Source: Alphaproteobacteria bacterium (GTDB taxonomy: Bacteria > Pseudomonadota > Alphaproteobacteria > JAAXGF01). Taken from it: 64,000 nt of DNA. Under the pieces are notes generated by a model. It saw only the letters and a list, made by a program, of their open reading frames with translations, had not been told where the DNA came from and searched no databases. Positions 52,193-63,886 of this stretch are shown in pieces (position 1 is the first letter of the stretch; the number at the start of each line of letters is the position of its first letter). Made by a program: the position numbers and the translations under genes. The stretch lies in assembly GCA_963555825.3 (NCBI GenBank), contig CAUVXB020000002.1:2624001-2688000 (forward strand), in the 5' to 3' direction.

Positions 52193-53367
52193 TACCAGTG
52201 AGCGCCTGAATTGACTCTCGGGATATTCATTGATGGCGGATGATGGCGGATTGTGATTCTATGTTCTCCCACCAGATGTGGGGGATGTCATGGGATCCGC
52301 ACTCAAGATACGGGATGATTTGACGCCTTTGGAGCTTCGGCGCTGGGCTCGCGTGGAATCGTACGGTCGAGCGGCGGCGCGGGCCTATGGGATCGCGAAT
52401 GCTTTGGAGGAGATGCCCCGGGCTGATGCCGCGCGGCTTGCGGGGATGGATCGCCAAACGCTTCGCGACGCGGTTGTTCGTTACAATGCAAAGGGATTGG
52501 AGGGGCTTCACGACCGTCCAAAGGGCTACTCGCCGCGGCGGCTGACGGCAGACGAGGAAGCGGCGCTGGCGGCGGTCATCATCGCCGGGCCGGAGCCTGA
52601 GCGCGACGGGGTTTGCGCCTGGACCCGGGCCGATCTGTGCCGCTGGCTGGAGGAGCGCTTCGCCAAGACCTACCACCCCTCGAGCATGACCCGGGTTCTA
52701 CGGCGGATGGGATTTTCCCGCCAGAAGGCGCGCCCGAGCCACCCGCGAAGGGACGCCGAAGCGCAGGAGCGCTTCAAAAAAGGGGGCTTCGCGACATCCT
52801 GAAGGCGACCGCCGCGGCGCATCCCGACAAGCGCCTACAGCTGTGGTTTCAGGATGAAGCGCGCGTCGGCAACAAGGGCCGGGTGTGTCACCGGTGGTGG
52901 CGCAGGGGCGAGCGTGCCCCCGGGACGCGTCAAATCGGCTACCAGTGGGCCTACATCTTCTCCGCCGTGCGCCCGGACACCGGCGACGACGTCACCCTGG
53001 TGATGCCGAGCGTCAACGCCAAGGTCATGGACCTGTTTCTCGCACACTTCGCCGATACCCTGGACCAGGATGCGCACGCCGTCATGATGTGCGACGGCGC
53101 CGGTTGGCACGACGAGCGCGCCCTCACCGTCCCCGACAACGTCACCTTGGCGCTGTTGCCGCCTTACAGTCCCGAACTCAACCCCGTCGAGCGGGTTTGG
53201 CTCTACCTACGCGAACGCTTCCTATCGCTCCGCGTCCTCGACGACACCGAGGCCATCATCGACGCCTGTTGCCAAGCATGGATCGACCTCATCGCAGAAC
53301 CGGATCGTATGCGAACCCTCTGCGCCTATCCATGGATCATGAAGGTGATTTCATAGGCTCACTGGTA
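52193..53367 (+). mobile_element. IS630-family element A, copy 2
   Basis: 1175 bp, same IRs and proteins as 19110-20284, TTA flanks. Transposase 52290-53356. Confidence 0.93.
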
Positions 53368-53370
53368 TTA

Positions 53371-54531
53371 TACCAACGGCGCAAAATTCTGACTCGCAAG
53401 GGATTCCCTTTTTGGGCTGGATGTGATTCAAGGCTGGCGAAGGAGATTCGCCATGTCAGTATGCATTGCTCTTCGGGACGACTACGACAGCATTGAGCTC
53501 CGGTGTTTGGCCAAGCACAGTCGCGATCCCCGCCAAGTTCGCCGGCTTTTGGCCTTGGCGGCGGTTTACGACGGCATGAGCCGAGCGGAAGCCGCTAAGG
53601 TCGGCGGCATGGATCGCCAGACGCTGAGAGACTGGGCGCACCGCTTCAACGATGAAGGGGCAGACGGCTTGAAGAACCGTCCCGGTGCGGGCCGCCCCCG
53701 GCTCTTGACCGACGAGCAGATGGGCGAACTGTCGGTGATCGTCGAAACGGGCCCCGATCCAGAGATTGACGGTGTGGTTCGCTGGCGGCGGGTTGACCTG
53801 AAACGGGTGATCGAAGAACGCTTTGGCGTGATCTATAGCGAGCGGGCGATCTCCGACCTTCTCGTCGCGCTGTCCTTCTCCCACATCAGCGCCCGGCCGC
53901 AGCACCCCAAGCAGGACCAGCGGGTGATCGAGGCGTTCAAAAAAACTTCCCCCGCACGCTCGCTGCCCACCTAGCCGGTCTGCCCAAGACCAAGCGGGTC
54001 GAGATCTGGTTCCAAGACGAGGCCAGGCTGGGACAGAAGAACGGGCGTGTGCGCATTTGGGCGAAGAAGGGAACAAGGCCACGCCTGCCCGCCGATCAGC
54101 GCTACACGAACGCCTACCTCTTTGGCGCAATCTGTCCCATGGGAGCCAAGGGTGCCGCTCTCATGCTCCCCTTCGCCAACACAGCCGCCATGCAGATGCA
54201 TCTCGACGAGATCAGCTGCAACGTCGCCGCCAAGGCCCATGGCGTCGTCCTGATGGACCGCGCCGGGTGGCACAGCACCGACCAGCTCAAGGTCCCCAAG
54301 AACCTCACCATCATCCTGCTGCCATCGCGCTCGCCCGAGCTGAACCCGGTCGAGAACATCTGGCAATACCTCCGCCAGAATTGGCTCTCTAACCGCGTCT
54401 TCGAAGATTACGACGCCATCATCGAGGCCGGTTGCCAAGCCTGGAACAAACTAATCGACCAGCCCGAGACGATCATGTCCATCGGAATGAGAGATTGGGC
54501 GATTTCAGGTCAATAATTAGTGCCGTTGGTA
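53371..54531 (+). mobile_element. IS630-family element B
   Basis: IRs TACCAACGGC/GCCGTTGGTA, TTA flanks. Transposase 53453-54516 with an A7C slippery site, WFQDEAR, SPELNPVE. Confidence 0.92.
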
Positions 54532-54534
54532 TTA

Positions 54535-55709
54535 TACCAGTGAGCGCCTGAATTGACTCTCGGGATATTCATTGATGGCGGATGATGGCGGATTGTGATT
54601 CTATGGTCTCCCACCAGATGTGGGGGATGTCATGGGATCAGCACTCAAGATACGGGATGATTTGACGCCTTTGGAGCTTCGGCGCTGGGCTCGCGTGGAA
54701 TCGTACGGTCGAGCGGCGGCGCGGGCCTATGGGATCGCGAATGCTTTGGAGGAGATGCCCCGGGCTGATGCCGCGCGGCTTGCGGGGATGGATCGCCAAA
54801 CGCTTCGCGACGCGGTTGTTCGTTACAATGCAAAGGGATTGGAGGGGCTTCACGACCGTCCAAAGGGCTACTCGCCGCGGCGGCTGACGGCAGACGAGGA
54901 AGCGGCGCTGGCGGCGGTCATCATCGCCGGGCCGGAGCCTGAGCGCGACGGGGTTTGCGCCTGGACCCGGGCCGATCTGTGCCGCTGGCTGGAGGAGCGC
55001 TTCGCCAAGACCTACCACCCCTCGAGCATGACCCGGGTTCTACGGCGGATGGGATTTTCCCGCCAGAAGGCGCGCCCGAGCCACCCGCGAAGGGACGCCG
55101 AAGCGCAGGAGCGCTTCAAAAAAGGGGGCTTCGCGACATCCTGAAGGCGACCGCCGCGGCGCATCCCGACAAGCGCCTACAGCTGTGGTTTCAGGATGAA
55201 GCGCGCGTCGGCAACAAGGGCCGGGTGTGTCACCGGTGGTGGCGCAGGGGCGAGCGTGCCCCCGGGACGCGTCAAATCGGCTACCAGTGGGCCTACATCT
55301 TCTCCGCCGTGCGCCCGGACACCGGCGACGACGTCACCCTGGTGATGCCGAGCGTCAACGCCAAGGTCATGGACCTGTTTCTCGCACACTTCGCCGATAC
55401 CCTGGACCAGGATGCGCACGCCGTCATGATGTGCGACGGCGCCGGTTGGCACGACGAGCGCGCCCTCACCGTCCCCGACAACGTCACCTTGGCGCTGTTG
55501 CCGCCTTACAGTCCCGAACTCAACCCCGTCGAGCGGGTTTGGCTCTACCTACGCGAACGCTTCCTATCGCTCCGCGTCCTCGACGACACCGAGGCCATCA
55601 TCGACGCCTGTTGCCAAGCATGGATCGACCTCATCGCAGAACCGGATCGTATGCGAACCCTCTGCGACTATCCATGGATCATGAAGGCGATTTCATAGGC
55701 TCACTGGTA
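54535..55709 (+). mobile_element. IS630-family element A, copy 3
   Basis: 1175 bp with a few substitutions (C-terminus LCDYPWIMKAIS). Transposase 54632-55698. Confidence 0.93.
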
Positions 55710-56018
55710 TTAGAGCTCTCGAAATCAATAATTGGTTTGATTCCGCAACAAAAGGCTTCGGTGCTGGCCGATGCAATCCAAAATGATTTGCTGAACATCA
55801 TAGCCGCTGATACCGCCGAAAGTATCGATGTCTTGATATTTCCTCTGAAGAGGTCTCTCGAGGAATTGTCAGAGATTTCCCAAGGTCTATCAGAGCGCGC
55901 GAAGAAACGCCTGGTAAAGCAAGTCGGGATATTTGAGAGCTTGACAGTTGGTCCTAACAGTCTCCCACAGGTCAGAAAGGATGAATTGGCAGTTGTCGCC
56001 CAGGCCGAAGAGCTCCTA

Positions 56019-57197
56019 GTGTCCTGATCGATAAATTGATATGATTATGTCTCTATTTGTTTTTAGGAGGCGCGATTGATGGCGAGAGTGGCGGTGACGA
56101 TCTCTTTGAGCGATGACGAGCGCGCCGAATTGGAGGCGCTGTCTCGTCGTCGCAAGACGTCGCAGGGGCTTGCGCGGCGGGCTCGGATCGTCTTGGCGGC
56201 GGCGGAAGGGTTGGAGAACAAGGAGATCGCCGTTCGTCTCGAGGCGAGCGCGGACACCGTGGGCAAGTGGCGTCGCCGCTATGCGGCGGAGGGCCTCGAC
56301 GGTCTGTACGACGAACCCCGCCCCGGCGCGCCGCGTCAAATCGGCGATGACGCCATCGCGGAAGCGGTCCGGCTGACGCTGGAAGAGACGCCGCCGGACG
56401 CGACCCATTGGAGCCTTCGCTCGATGGCGCGGGCGAGCGGCCACGCGCCCTCGACCATTCATCGCATCTGGCGGGCCTTCGGCTTGCAGCCGCATCGCTC
56501 GGAGACCTTCAAGCTGTCGAGCGATCCCTTCTTCGTGGAGAAGGTCCGCGACATCGTCGGTCTGTATTTGGCGCCGCCGGATCGTGCCCTGGTTCTCTGT
56601 GTCGACGAAAAGAGCCAGATCCAGGCCTTGGACCGTTCCCAGCCCCTCTTGCCGATGCGCCCCGGGCAGGCGGAGCGGCGCAGCCACGACTACAAGCGCC
56701 ACGGCACGACCTCTCTCTTCGCGGCCCTCGACATCGCCACGGGAGAGATCATCGGCAAATGTTTCCCGCGCCATCGGGCCCGAGAGTTCCGCAAATTCCT
56801 CGACCTCGTCGAGGCGAACGTCCCTGCTGATCTCGACATCCACATCGTCATGGACAACTACGGGACCCACAAGACCAAGGCGATCCGCGACTGGTTCGCC
56901 AAACGGCCGCGCTGGCAGGCCCATTTCACACCCACCAGCGCCTCCTGGCTCAACCAGGTCGAGCGCTGGTTCGGGCTGCTGACCGACAAACAGATCAGGC
57001 GCGGCGTCCATCGCTCCACCAAGGAGCTGGAGCGCACCATCCTCGACTACATCGACACGACAAACCAGAACCCCAAACCCTTCAAATGGACCAAATCCGC
57101 CGATGACATCCTCGCCGCCATCCAGCGGTTCTGCCTCCGAACAATCGAAACCGCTGAACAGCAGGCGAAAATCATGCGAACTTCGGAATCGGGACAC
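56019..57197 (+). mobile_element. IS630-family element C (single ORF)
   Basis: Ends GTGTCC.../...GGACAC in a CTAG target with TA duplication. Transposase 56079-57200 ([26 protein letters not shown]), whose stop codon is formed by the target site. Confidence 0.93.
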
Positions 57198-58851
57198 TAG
57201 CAGTCAACACACGGCTGTCAAAATATTTGACCAGCAGGATAAACTTTTTGGTCGAGGGCGCGAACACCGACATCGTCGAAGCGAGATCGCAAGCGTCGGC
57301 GGTCCAGGATCTCAATACGAACGTTCTGATCGGCGTCGTCATTTTGAGCCTCGTGAGTTCCGTCCTGATCGTGTGGCTCTATGTTGGGCGCAACTTGATC
57401 GCGCGTCTGACTGCGCTCAGCGACAGCATGCTGGCGATTGCCGGGGGCAACCTGAGAGCGTCCCTGCCCGCGCCCGGTGGCGGCGACGAGATCGGCCGCA
57501 TGGCGGAGGCGCTAGTCGTCTTCCGCGATACCGCGATCGAGGTCGAAGAGACCAATTTGCGCGAGATCGAGACGGCGCGTCGGAGGCTGATCGACGCGAT
57601 CGAGAATTCGTCGGAGGGCTTCGCCTTCTACGACCCCGACGACCGGCTCGTCCTCTGCAACACCCGGTACAAGGCCCTGCTCTACTCGGGCCTGGACGTC
57701 AGCATAGAGCCGGGCATGACCTTCGAGGCGATCATTCGGTGCGCGGCCGAGAACGGCTACATCCTCGATGCGGAGGGCCGCGTCGACGAATGGGTGGCGC
57801 AGCGCCTGGCGGTTCACCGAAATCCGGGCGACTCGAGGATCCAGCAACGCGCCGACGGCCGCTGGATTATGATCAGCGAGCGGACGACCGGGGATGGCGG
57901 CACGGTCGCGATTTATTCGGACATCACGGAATTGAAGCAACGGGAAGAGGAACTCAGCAAGAAGTCGAACGCTCTCGAACAGTTGTCCAATCAGCTGGCG
58001 AAATACCTTTCGCCGCAGGTCTACGACTCGATCTTCTCGGGCAAGCAGGAGGTCAAGCTCGTCAGCCAACGCAAGAGGTTGACTGTGTTCTTCTCGGACA
58101 TCGCGGGGTTCACGGAAACGACCGAACGGCTCGAGTCCGAGGATCTGACCCAGCTGCTCAATCACTATCTGACCGAAATGTCGCAGATCGCGCTCGCCCA
58201 CGGCGCGACGATCGACAAATACGTCGGCGACGCGATCGTCATCTTCTTCGGCGATCCCGAGACCCGCGGCGTCAAGGAAGACGCGCTCGCCTGCGTCGAG
58301 ATGGCCCTCGCCATGCGCAAGCGAATGCTGGAACTGGAGGGCATCTGGCGCGATTCCGGCCTGGACAAACCACTGAAGGTCCGCATCGGCATCAACACTG
58401 GTTTCTGCACGGTCGGCAACTTCGGCAGCGAGGACCGCATGGACTACACCATCATCGGTGGCGGCGTGAACCTCGCTTCGCGGCTTGAAACGGCGGCCAC
58501 GCCGGGGGAAATCCTGATTTCCTACGAGACCCGTGCCCACGTCAAAGACAAAATCCAGTGCGAGGATCATGGCGAAGTCAACGTCAAGGGCATCGCCTAT
58601 CCCGTCGCCACCTATCAAGTCGTCGATAGCCATGAACATCTCGGCGAGCGACGTCAACTGATCCACGAAGACCAACCCAATCTCAAACTCGACCTTGATC
58701 TGGACGCCATGTCTGTAGACGAAGTGAGCCGGGCGGCGGCTGTCCTGCAACAGGCGTTGGATCGACTCGCCTCGGCGACACAACATAATCGGACCGAACA
58801 CTCGTTGCCGGAGGACACTGATCCCGCGAAATTGGCAGGTACCGGAAGGCG

Positions 58852-58952
58852 CTAGTGGATAGAATCTAACGCTTGGTACCCTTTGAAAGGGGCAATATCC
58901 CAGGCAGTCCATAGGTTATTGAAGGACTTATTCGTTAGGCGGATACCACTAG
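58852..58952. mobile_element. MITE-like element of about 100 bp bounded by CTAG
   Basis: CTAGTGGATAGAATCTAACG ... CGTTAGGCGGATACCACTAG imperfect IRs. Overlaps the cyclase stop codon. Confidence 0.6.
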
Positions 58953-58953
58953 G

Positions 58954-60373
58954 TGAGTCGGACCCGATTTCCTTGGACACAGAATTGGCTTAATCGAAGT
59001 GTCCAAGGAGGACCGGAACATGACCGACAATTTTGAGAACAAAGTTGCTGTTGATGGGCCTGTGGTAAACGAGGGCGAGCTTGGCTCGTCCACGTTTTCC
59101 CCGGGCCAGGTTTCGCCGGCAGGCCCGCTGGGACTTGGCCAGCGGTGGACGGTGACGCGCAAGCGTGAGGTTGCCCTGCGGCTTTTGCGTGGCGAGCCGG
59201 TGGAACTTTTGTCGCGGCAGTTGGGCGTGGAGATTTTCCGGCTCGAGCAGTGGCGTGAGAAGGCGATCGCCGGGATCGATGCCTCGCTCAAGGAACGCAA
59301 GGGCGATCCGGTGAAGGCGGAACTGGACATCGCCATGAAGCGGATCGGGGAGTTGATCATGCAGGTGGAACTGCTGGAGGCCAAGACGGAGACGTCCGGC
59401 CCTTTGGGGCGGCGGAGGTCGCGGCGATGAGTGCCGCCACCTCTCCCGGCACGGGTTTGGCCTACGGCCTCCAGCGGGTCTGTGCGGCCTGGGGTTTTGC
59501 CCGTTCCTCGTTCTACGCCATGAAATCCCGGCAGCAGGCCACCGCTGAGCGCCCACCAGCAAAGCGCCGGGGACCGAAGCCCTCGATCTCGGACGAGGCT
59601 CTGCTGGTGGCCATCGAGGCCGACCTGGAGGCATCCCCCTGGGAGGGCGAGGGACACCGCAAGGTCTGGGCTCGGCTTCGGGTCTGTCGTGGCATCCGTG
59701 TTTCCCGCAAGCGGGGGCTCCGGGTGATGCGCGAGAACAACCTGCTCTCGCCCCATCGCTGCCGCCGCCGTGGCGGAAATCCCCATGTCGGTGAGATCAT
59801 CACCCATGCCCCCAACCTCATGTGGGGCACGGACGGCGTTCGGGTGTTCACGGTGGACGACGGCTGGGGCTGGATATTCACCGCCATCGAGCATTGGAAC
59901 GCCGAGTGCGTCGGCTGGCATGTGTGCAAGCGAGGCGACCGCTTCGCCGCCCTTCAGCCGATCTCCATGGGGCTTGCGAGGCTGTATGCCTCGACCTCCG
60001 CCGGTGCGGCGCGGGGGCTGGCCTTGCGGATGGATCACGGCTCCCAGTATCTGTCGGACCACTTCACCAACCAGATCAAGTTCTGGGGCATCCAGCCGTC
60101 CTACGCCTTCGTCGAACAGCCCCAGACCAACGGCGTCGCCGAGAGGTTCAATCGCACGCTCAAGGAACAGATCATCCATGGCCGCATCTACCGCAACATC
60201 GCGGAGCTGCGGAACGCCGTCCGCGGGTTCGTCGAACAGTACAATGCCCAGTGGATCGTGGAGAAGAACGGCTACCTGAGCCCCGCTCAAGCTCGTCAGG
60301 CGTGGCACACCGCGATGTCACTCAGGCCCGCCGCATGAGACAAACTTGTGTCCAAGGAACCGGGTGCGATACA
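58954..60373 (+). mobile_element. IS3-family element
   Basis: TG...CA ends with IR core TTCCTTGGACAC/GTGTCCAAGGAA. orfA 59020-59430, orfB 59427-60338 (WGTDG, MDHGSQY, NGVAERFNRTLK). No TSD. Confidence 0.9.
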
Positions 60374-62226
60374 GTCCGGTAATCTGATTCGCATCCAACC
60401 ACAGTACCAAACTACTGTTCGCCGTTACGTCGCCAACGCCACCCGGACCATCCCCGATTCCACTAACATCCGTTTTGCCGCAACCCAAAGCCATCGTTTC
60501 GGCTGTTTCAAGCGCCGCTTCCGCTTCTTCAGACGCTGCTTCTGCTTCTTCTGCGGAACCAGGCTCACTTTGAACTTCCCACGGTTCCGGCTCGCTATGG
60601 TAGGCGCCCTTGTGCCAGGGGCGATGTCCCTATCTCTGTTGAAATTCGTGGGGCAGGCGTCGCTGGTTGATGATGCTATGCTGCCTTCATGATGGTTTCA
60701 ATGGCACTGTCGGCCTGAGCCTTTCTCAAGTGTTCCTGGAGAGCATTTCGGAGGATGGGCAGCTGACGATAGGCCTTGAGGCGACGGAAGGTTTTCTGGG
60801 CCTCCAGCAGGCCGGCGGCGGTCCATCTGAGCGCCATCTCGGCGTGTCTCCAGCGTTTGACGTTGCGGGTGACCTGGCGCACCGTGCCGAGCGCGTTCTC
60901 GACGATGTTGGTGCAGGCGAGCGAGCGCCGGAGTTCGTGCGGCAGGCCGAGGCGGATGACGGTGAGGATCTCGTCCAGCCCCTCCAGGATGCTGCCCGAG
61001 ACGCCCGGTTCCTCATGCTCCAGACGCCGGGCCAGGTTGCGCAGCAGCCGTTCGGCCTTGTCTGCGTCGTCCTGGTCCCAGGCCTGACGGAGCGCCTTCT
61101 TGACGCTCGCATGCAAATGCAGGGGCAGGCGCTCGATGATGTTACGGCCCTTGTGGACCTGGCAGCGCTGGATGGCGGCGGCCACACCGAAGGTGTTGCG
61201 GATCGCTTTGCTGAGCGCCTTCGCGCCATCGACGATGAACAGCCGGGGCAGCGTCGGATCGAGCCCCCTGGCGAGGAGATTGTCGAGCAAGGCCTGGACG
61301 ACGACAGTGTTCTCCGTCGCCCCCTCGACCACGGCCAGGACATGCTTGTCGCCGTTGCCATCGACGCCGATCGCCGCCACCAAGACATGGTCGCCGACAT
61401 GCAGACCGTCGATCTGGATGACCAGCAGGTCGAGCTCCGAGAGGTCCGAGGCGAGCCAGGCCTTCATCTTCTTGCGCGACAGCGCCACAAAGCGCCGGGA
61501 AACGGCCGACTTCGAGGTGCCGTCGCCACGCGCTTTCGCCAGGTCGCCCTCGGGCAGACGGACCGCGCGGTGGTACTTGCGGGTCGACACGTTCAGGACC
61601 ATCAGGTTGAGCGCCCACTCGAGCAACAGGTTGCCGTCGCGCAGCACCTGCCAGCTCTCCAAACCCACCTCCTTGCCAGCATGGTCGCGAACCCGTGGCC
61701 GCTGCACTTTCACGCGGCCGCCGTGGTAGCCGATCTCGCTCTGCGTATGGCCCCAGCGATAACCCCGACGGTTCCCATGGCGACGATGTCGGGCCCCGCA
61801 CACGGTCGTGGCGTCCTCCTCCATCATCTCGGCCAAGGCCTCGACCCCGGCCAGGAGACAGAACCGATCCACGCTGAGACGGACTGCGTCCATCGCGTCT
61901 GCCAGCGGCGGCATAGGAAACGAGGTGGCAAGGGCTTTCGGGCTACTGGAACTACGGATATTCTTTCCCATGGTGTCGTTCTCCCTCTTGGGTTTGCAGC
62001 ACCCGGAGCCTAACGGCTCCAGGAGAGCGACACCTACCTCAACTTTTCAACATCGACCGGGACATCTCCTGTGCCAGGCGGCCGATCCCGTACTCCATCC
62101 GGTCAGAGCCAGAGCCATCCCGATAAGAGCCAGGCACAAACCGATCGGGTTCTTGGGAGCCGTTCGACGAGCCGCTAGCCCCACACTTGCTACCGCCGAC
62201 ATCATCAGAAATTTCACGTGTTTCAT
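60374..62226 (-). pseudogene. Exported protein interrupted by IS256 and truncated by IS3
   Basis: GGAGGAG RBS. MKHVKFL...LCLALIGMALALTGWSTGSAAWH|KGAYHSEPEPW...GDGPGGVGDVTANSSLVLWLDANQITG is in frame once the IS256 is removed. Confidence 0.75.
60620..62069 (-). mobile_element. IS256-family element (distinct from 7992-9440)
   Basis: IRs GGCGATGTCCC...TGTTGAAA / TTTCAACA...GGGACATCTCC, 9-bp duplication TGTGCCAGG. Transposase 60676-61971 (IQIDG, IVDGAKAL, QRCQVHK, CTNIVE). Confidence 0.93.
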
Positions 62227-62515
62227 GTGCTCCTCCCGTGTTTACCGTCGTCCATTCACGTGGCCCGAAACGCTCAAACGGCCGTAGAACCCAACGACGG
62301 GGTCGGCAATCTCTCCACCTCTGCTGTCGGCGCGGCCCGAGCCGCCCGCGAACGCGTTCACGTCACTCAAGATCCCTTGCGTCGCACTAGGATGGGAAGT
62401 CGGGTGCCACTGACCTCATGACCTGCCGCCAACGAAAGCGGGGCGGAGCGGCGCGAACCGCTCCAAACCCCAATTCATCGACGTTACCAATATTGTCCCA
62501 ATGCCATGCGAACCG

Positions 62516-62551
62516 TGGCAACCCCGCCTGGCCTTTGTGGCAGGGTTGCCA
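62516..62551 (-). terminator. Hairpin just 3' of the PotD-like gene
   Basis: TGGCAACCCCGCC-N10-GGCAGGGTTGCCA. No clear U-tract. Confidence 0.35.
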
Positions 62552-62562
62552 AATTCAACCGC

Positions 62563-63290
62563 TTAGTCGAGGCCAGCCTGGGCTTCGTGCCACATCTCGA
62601 TCAGCTTGGCGTCCTTTTCCGGTGGAACCTCGTCGAAGAACACGCCGCGCGACAATAGCCCGACCGGGTCGTCGAGGCCGTTCGCGCGGGCCTCGTCCGG
62701 GTCGATCAGTGCGGTCGTCTTGACGTTGGCGTGCCCGTACTTGTACTCGTCGAACAACGACTTGCCGCCGACCGGGTCGAGCATGGCATTGATGTATGCG
62801 TAGGCTTGATCCTCCGAACCCGCACCGTTGGCGCTGACGCAGAGTCCGCACATCCACGGCATCACGGGATCGACAACCACGATGGGGATGCCTTCCTCTT
62901 TCATCCTTTTTGAGGCGCTGCCGTAGACGTAGGAGATGCCGACCTCGCCGGCGACCCAAGCCTGCTCGAGCTGGGTGCTGTCGGTCCAAACGAACCGTGC
63001 GTTCTCGAGCATCTTGGTGAAGATGCCAGGTGCCGTCGCCATTTCCGCGTCGGTCGGGTCCAGTGGATTCGCCCAGCCGCCGATGACCCCGGCGACCAGC
63101 GTATTGACGCCGACCTGCGAGGTGAGAGCAGTCTTGCCCTTGAAGCGCGGGTCGACAAAGATATCGAAGGTCGGCTTGTCGACATCGATGACGTCGGGAT
63201 TGTAGGCGACCGTCGAATATCCCCAGTCCCAAGGAACGAACCAGTACTGACCGTCGATCTTGACGCCCTTCACATCCAGCAGATAACCCA
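62563..63290 (-). pseudogene. PotD/PotF-like ABC substrate-binding protein, 5'-truncated
   Basis: YWFVPWDWGYSTVAYNPD, AYAYINAMLDP. No signal peptide or N-terminal part; the upstream frame runs through the tRNA fragment. Confidence 0.75.
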
Positions 63291-63343
63291 TTGATATCCA
63301 CTGAGTTTCGGCCACCATAGGAGAATGCAGATGGTTACCTTGG

Positions 63344-63402
63344 GGGACTCGAAATCTGTTGTCCTTACGGACGTGGGAGTTCGAGTCGCCCTGGGGGCAC
63401 CA
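63344..63402 (+). tRNA. Degenerate 3' fragment of a class II tRNA (probably Leu), att-like remnant
   Basis: Anticodon-arm remnant GGACTCGAAATCT, variable arm GTCCTTACGGAC, T arm with GTTCGAG, and GGGGGCACCA end. No recognisable D arm or 5' acceptor strand. Confidence 0.7.
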
Positions 63403-63463
63403 TTCTTTTCCGTGATTTGACGAAGTGCTCAAGATTTGCGGCGCGCGTCGCTATGATGATCGC

Positions 63464-63886
63464 ATGATACCGGTTAGCGCGGCGATCGCCCTGTCCGAAG
63501 ACGAGATCGAGGAGCACTTCATCCGCTCGCCCGGTCCCGGCGGCCAGCATGTCAACAAGGTCGAGACCGCCGTTCAGCTGCGCTTCAACGCGGCCGACAG
63601 CCCAGCCTTGTCCGCGGCGGTCTACGGCCGATTGAGGTCCCTGGCCGGCAAACGCATGACGCGCGATGGCGTCGTTGTCATCACGGCCAGACGGTTCCGC
63701 AGCCAGGACCGAAACCGCCAGGACTCCTTGGCCAGGCTGGTCGGTTTGATCCGCCAAGCCGCCACCCCGATCAAGCATCGCCGGCCGACCAAGCCGACCC
63801 GCGGGTCCAAACAAAGACGCCTGGACACCAAGCAGCGCCGCAGCACGATAAAGAAGAGCCGCAGCACGGTTGGCGACCTCGACTGA
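63464..63886 (+). CDS. arfB: Alternative ribosome-rescue factor B
   Basis: RSPGPGGQHVNKVETAVQLRF, RSQDRNR, basic tail RRPTKPTRGSKQRRL. Confidence 0.93.
   Translation: MIPVSAAIALSEDEIEEHFIRSPGPGGQHVNKVETAVQLRFNAADSPALSAAVYGRLRSLAGKRMTRDGVVVITARRFRSQDRNRQDSLARLVGLIRQAATPIKHRRPTKPTRGSKQRRLDTKQRRSTIKKSRSTVGDLD

Larger units (their letters stand above)
51599..58855 (+). pseudogene. Membrane class III adenylate/guanylate cyclase (periplasmic sensor-HAMP-PAS-cyclase), split by four IS630 elements
   Basis: Segments 51599-52192, 55713-56018 and 57200-58855 join in frame to 851 aa. Two TMs, [43 protein letters not shown]. Confidence 0.92.

Noticed and set aside
63315-63402. Intact tRNA-Ser(CGA)
   Set aside because: No D arm or 5' acceptor strand, and the stems are mismatched. 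The apparent CGA is more likely a mutated Leu anticodon in a fragment.
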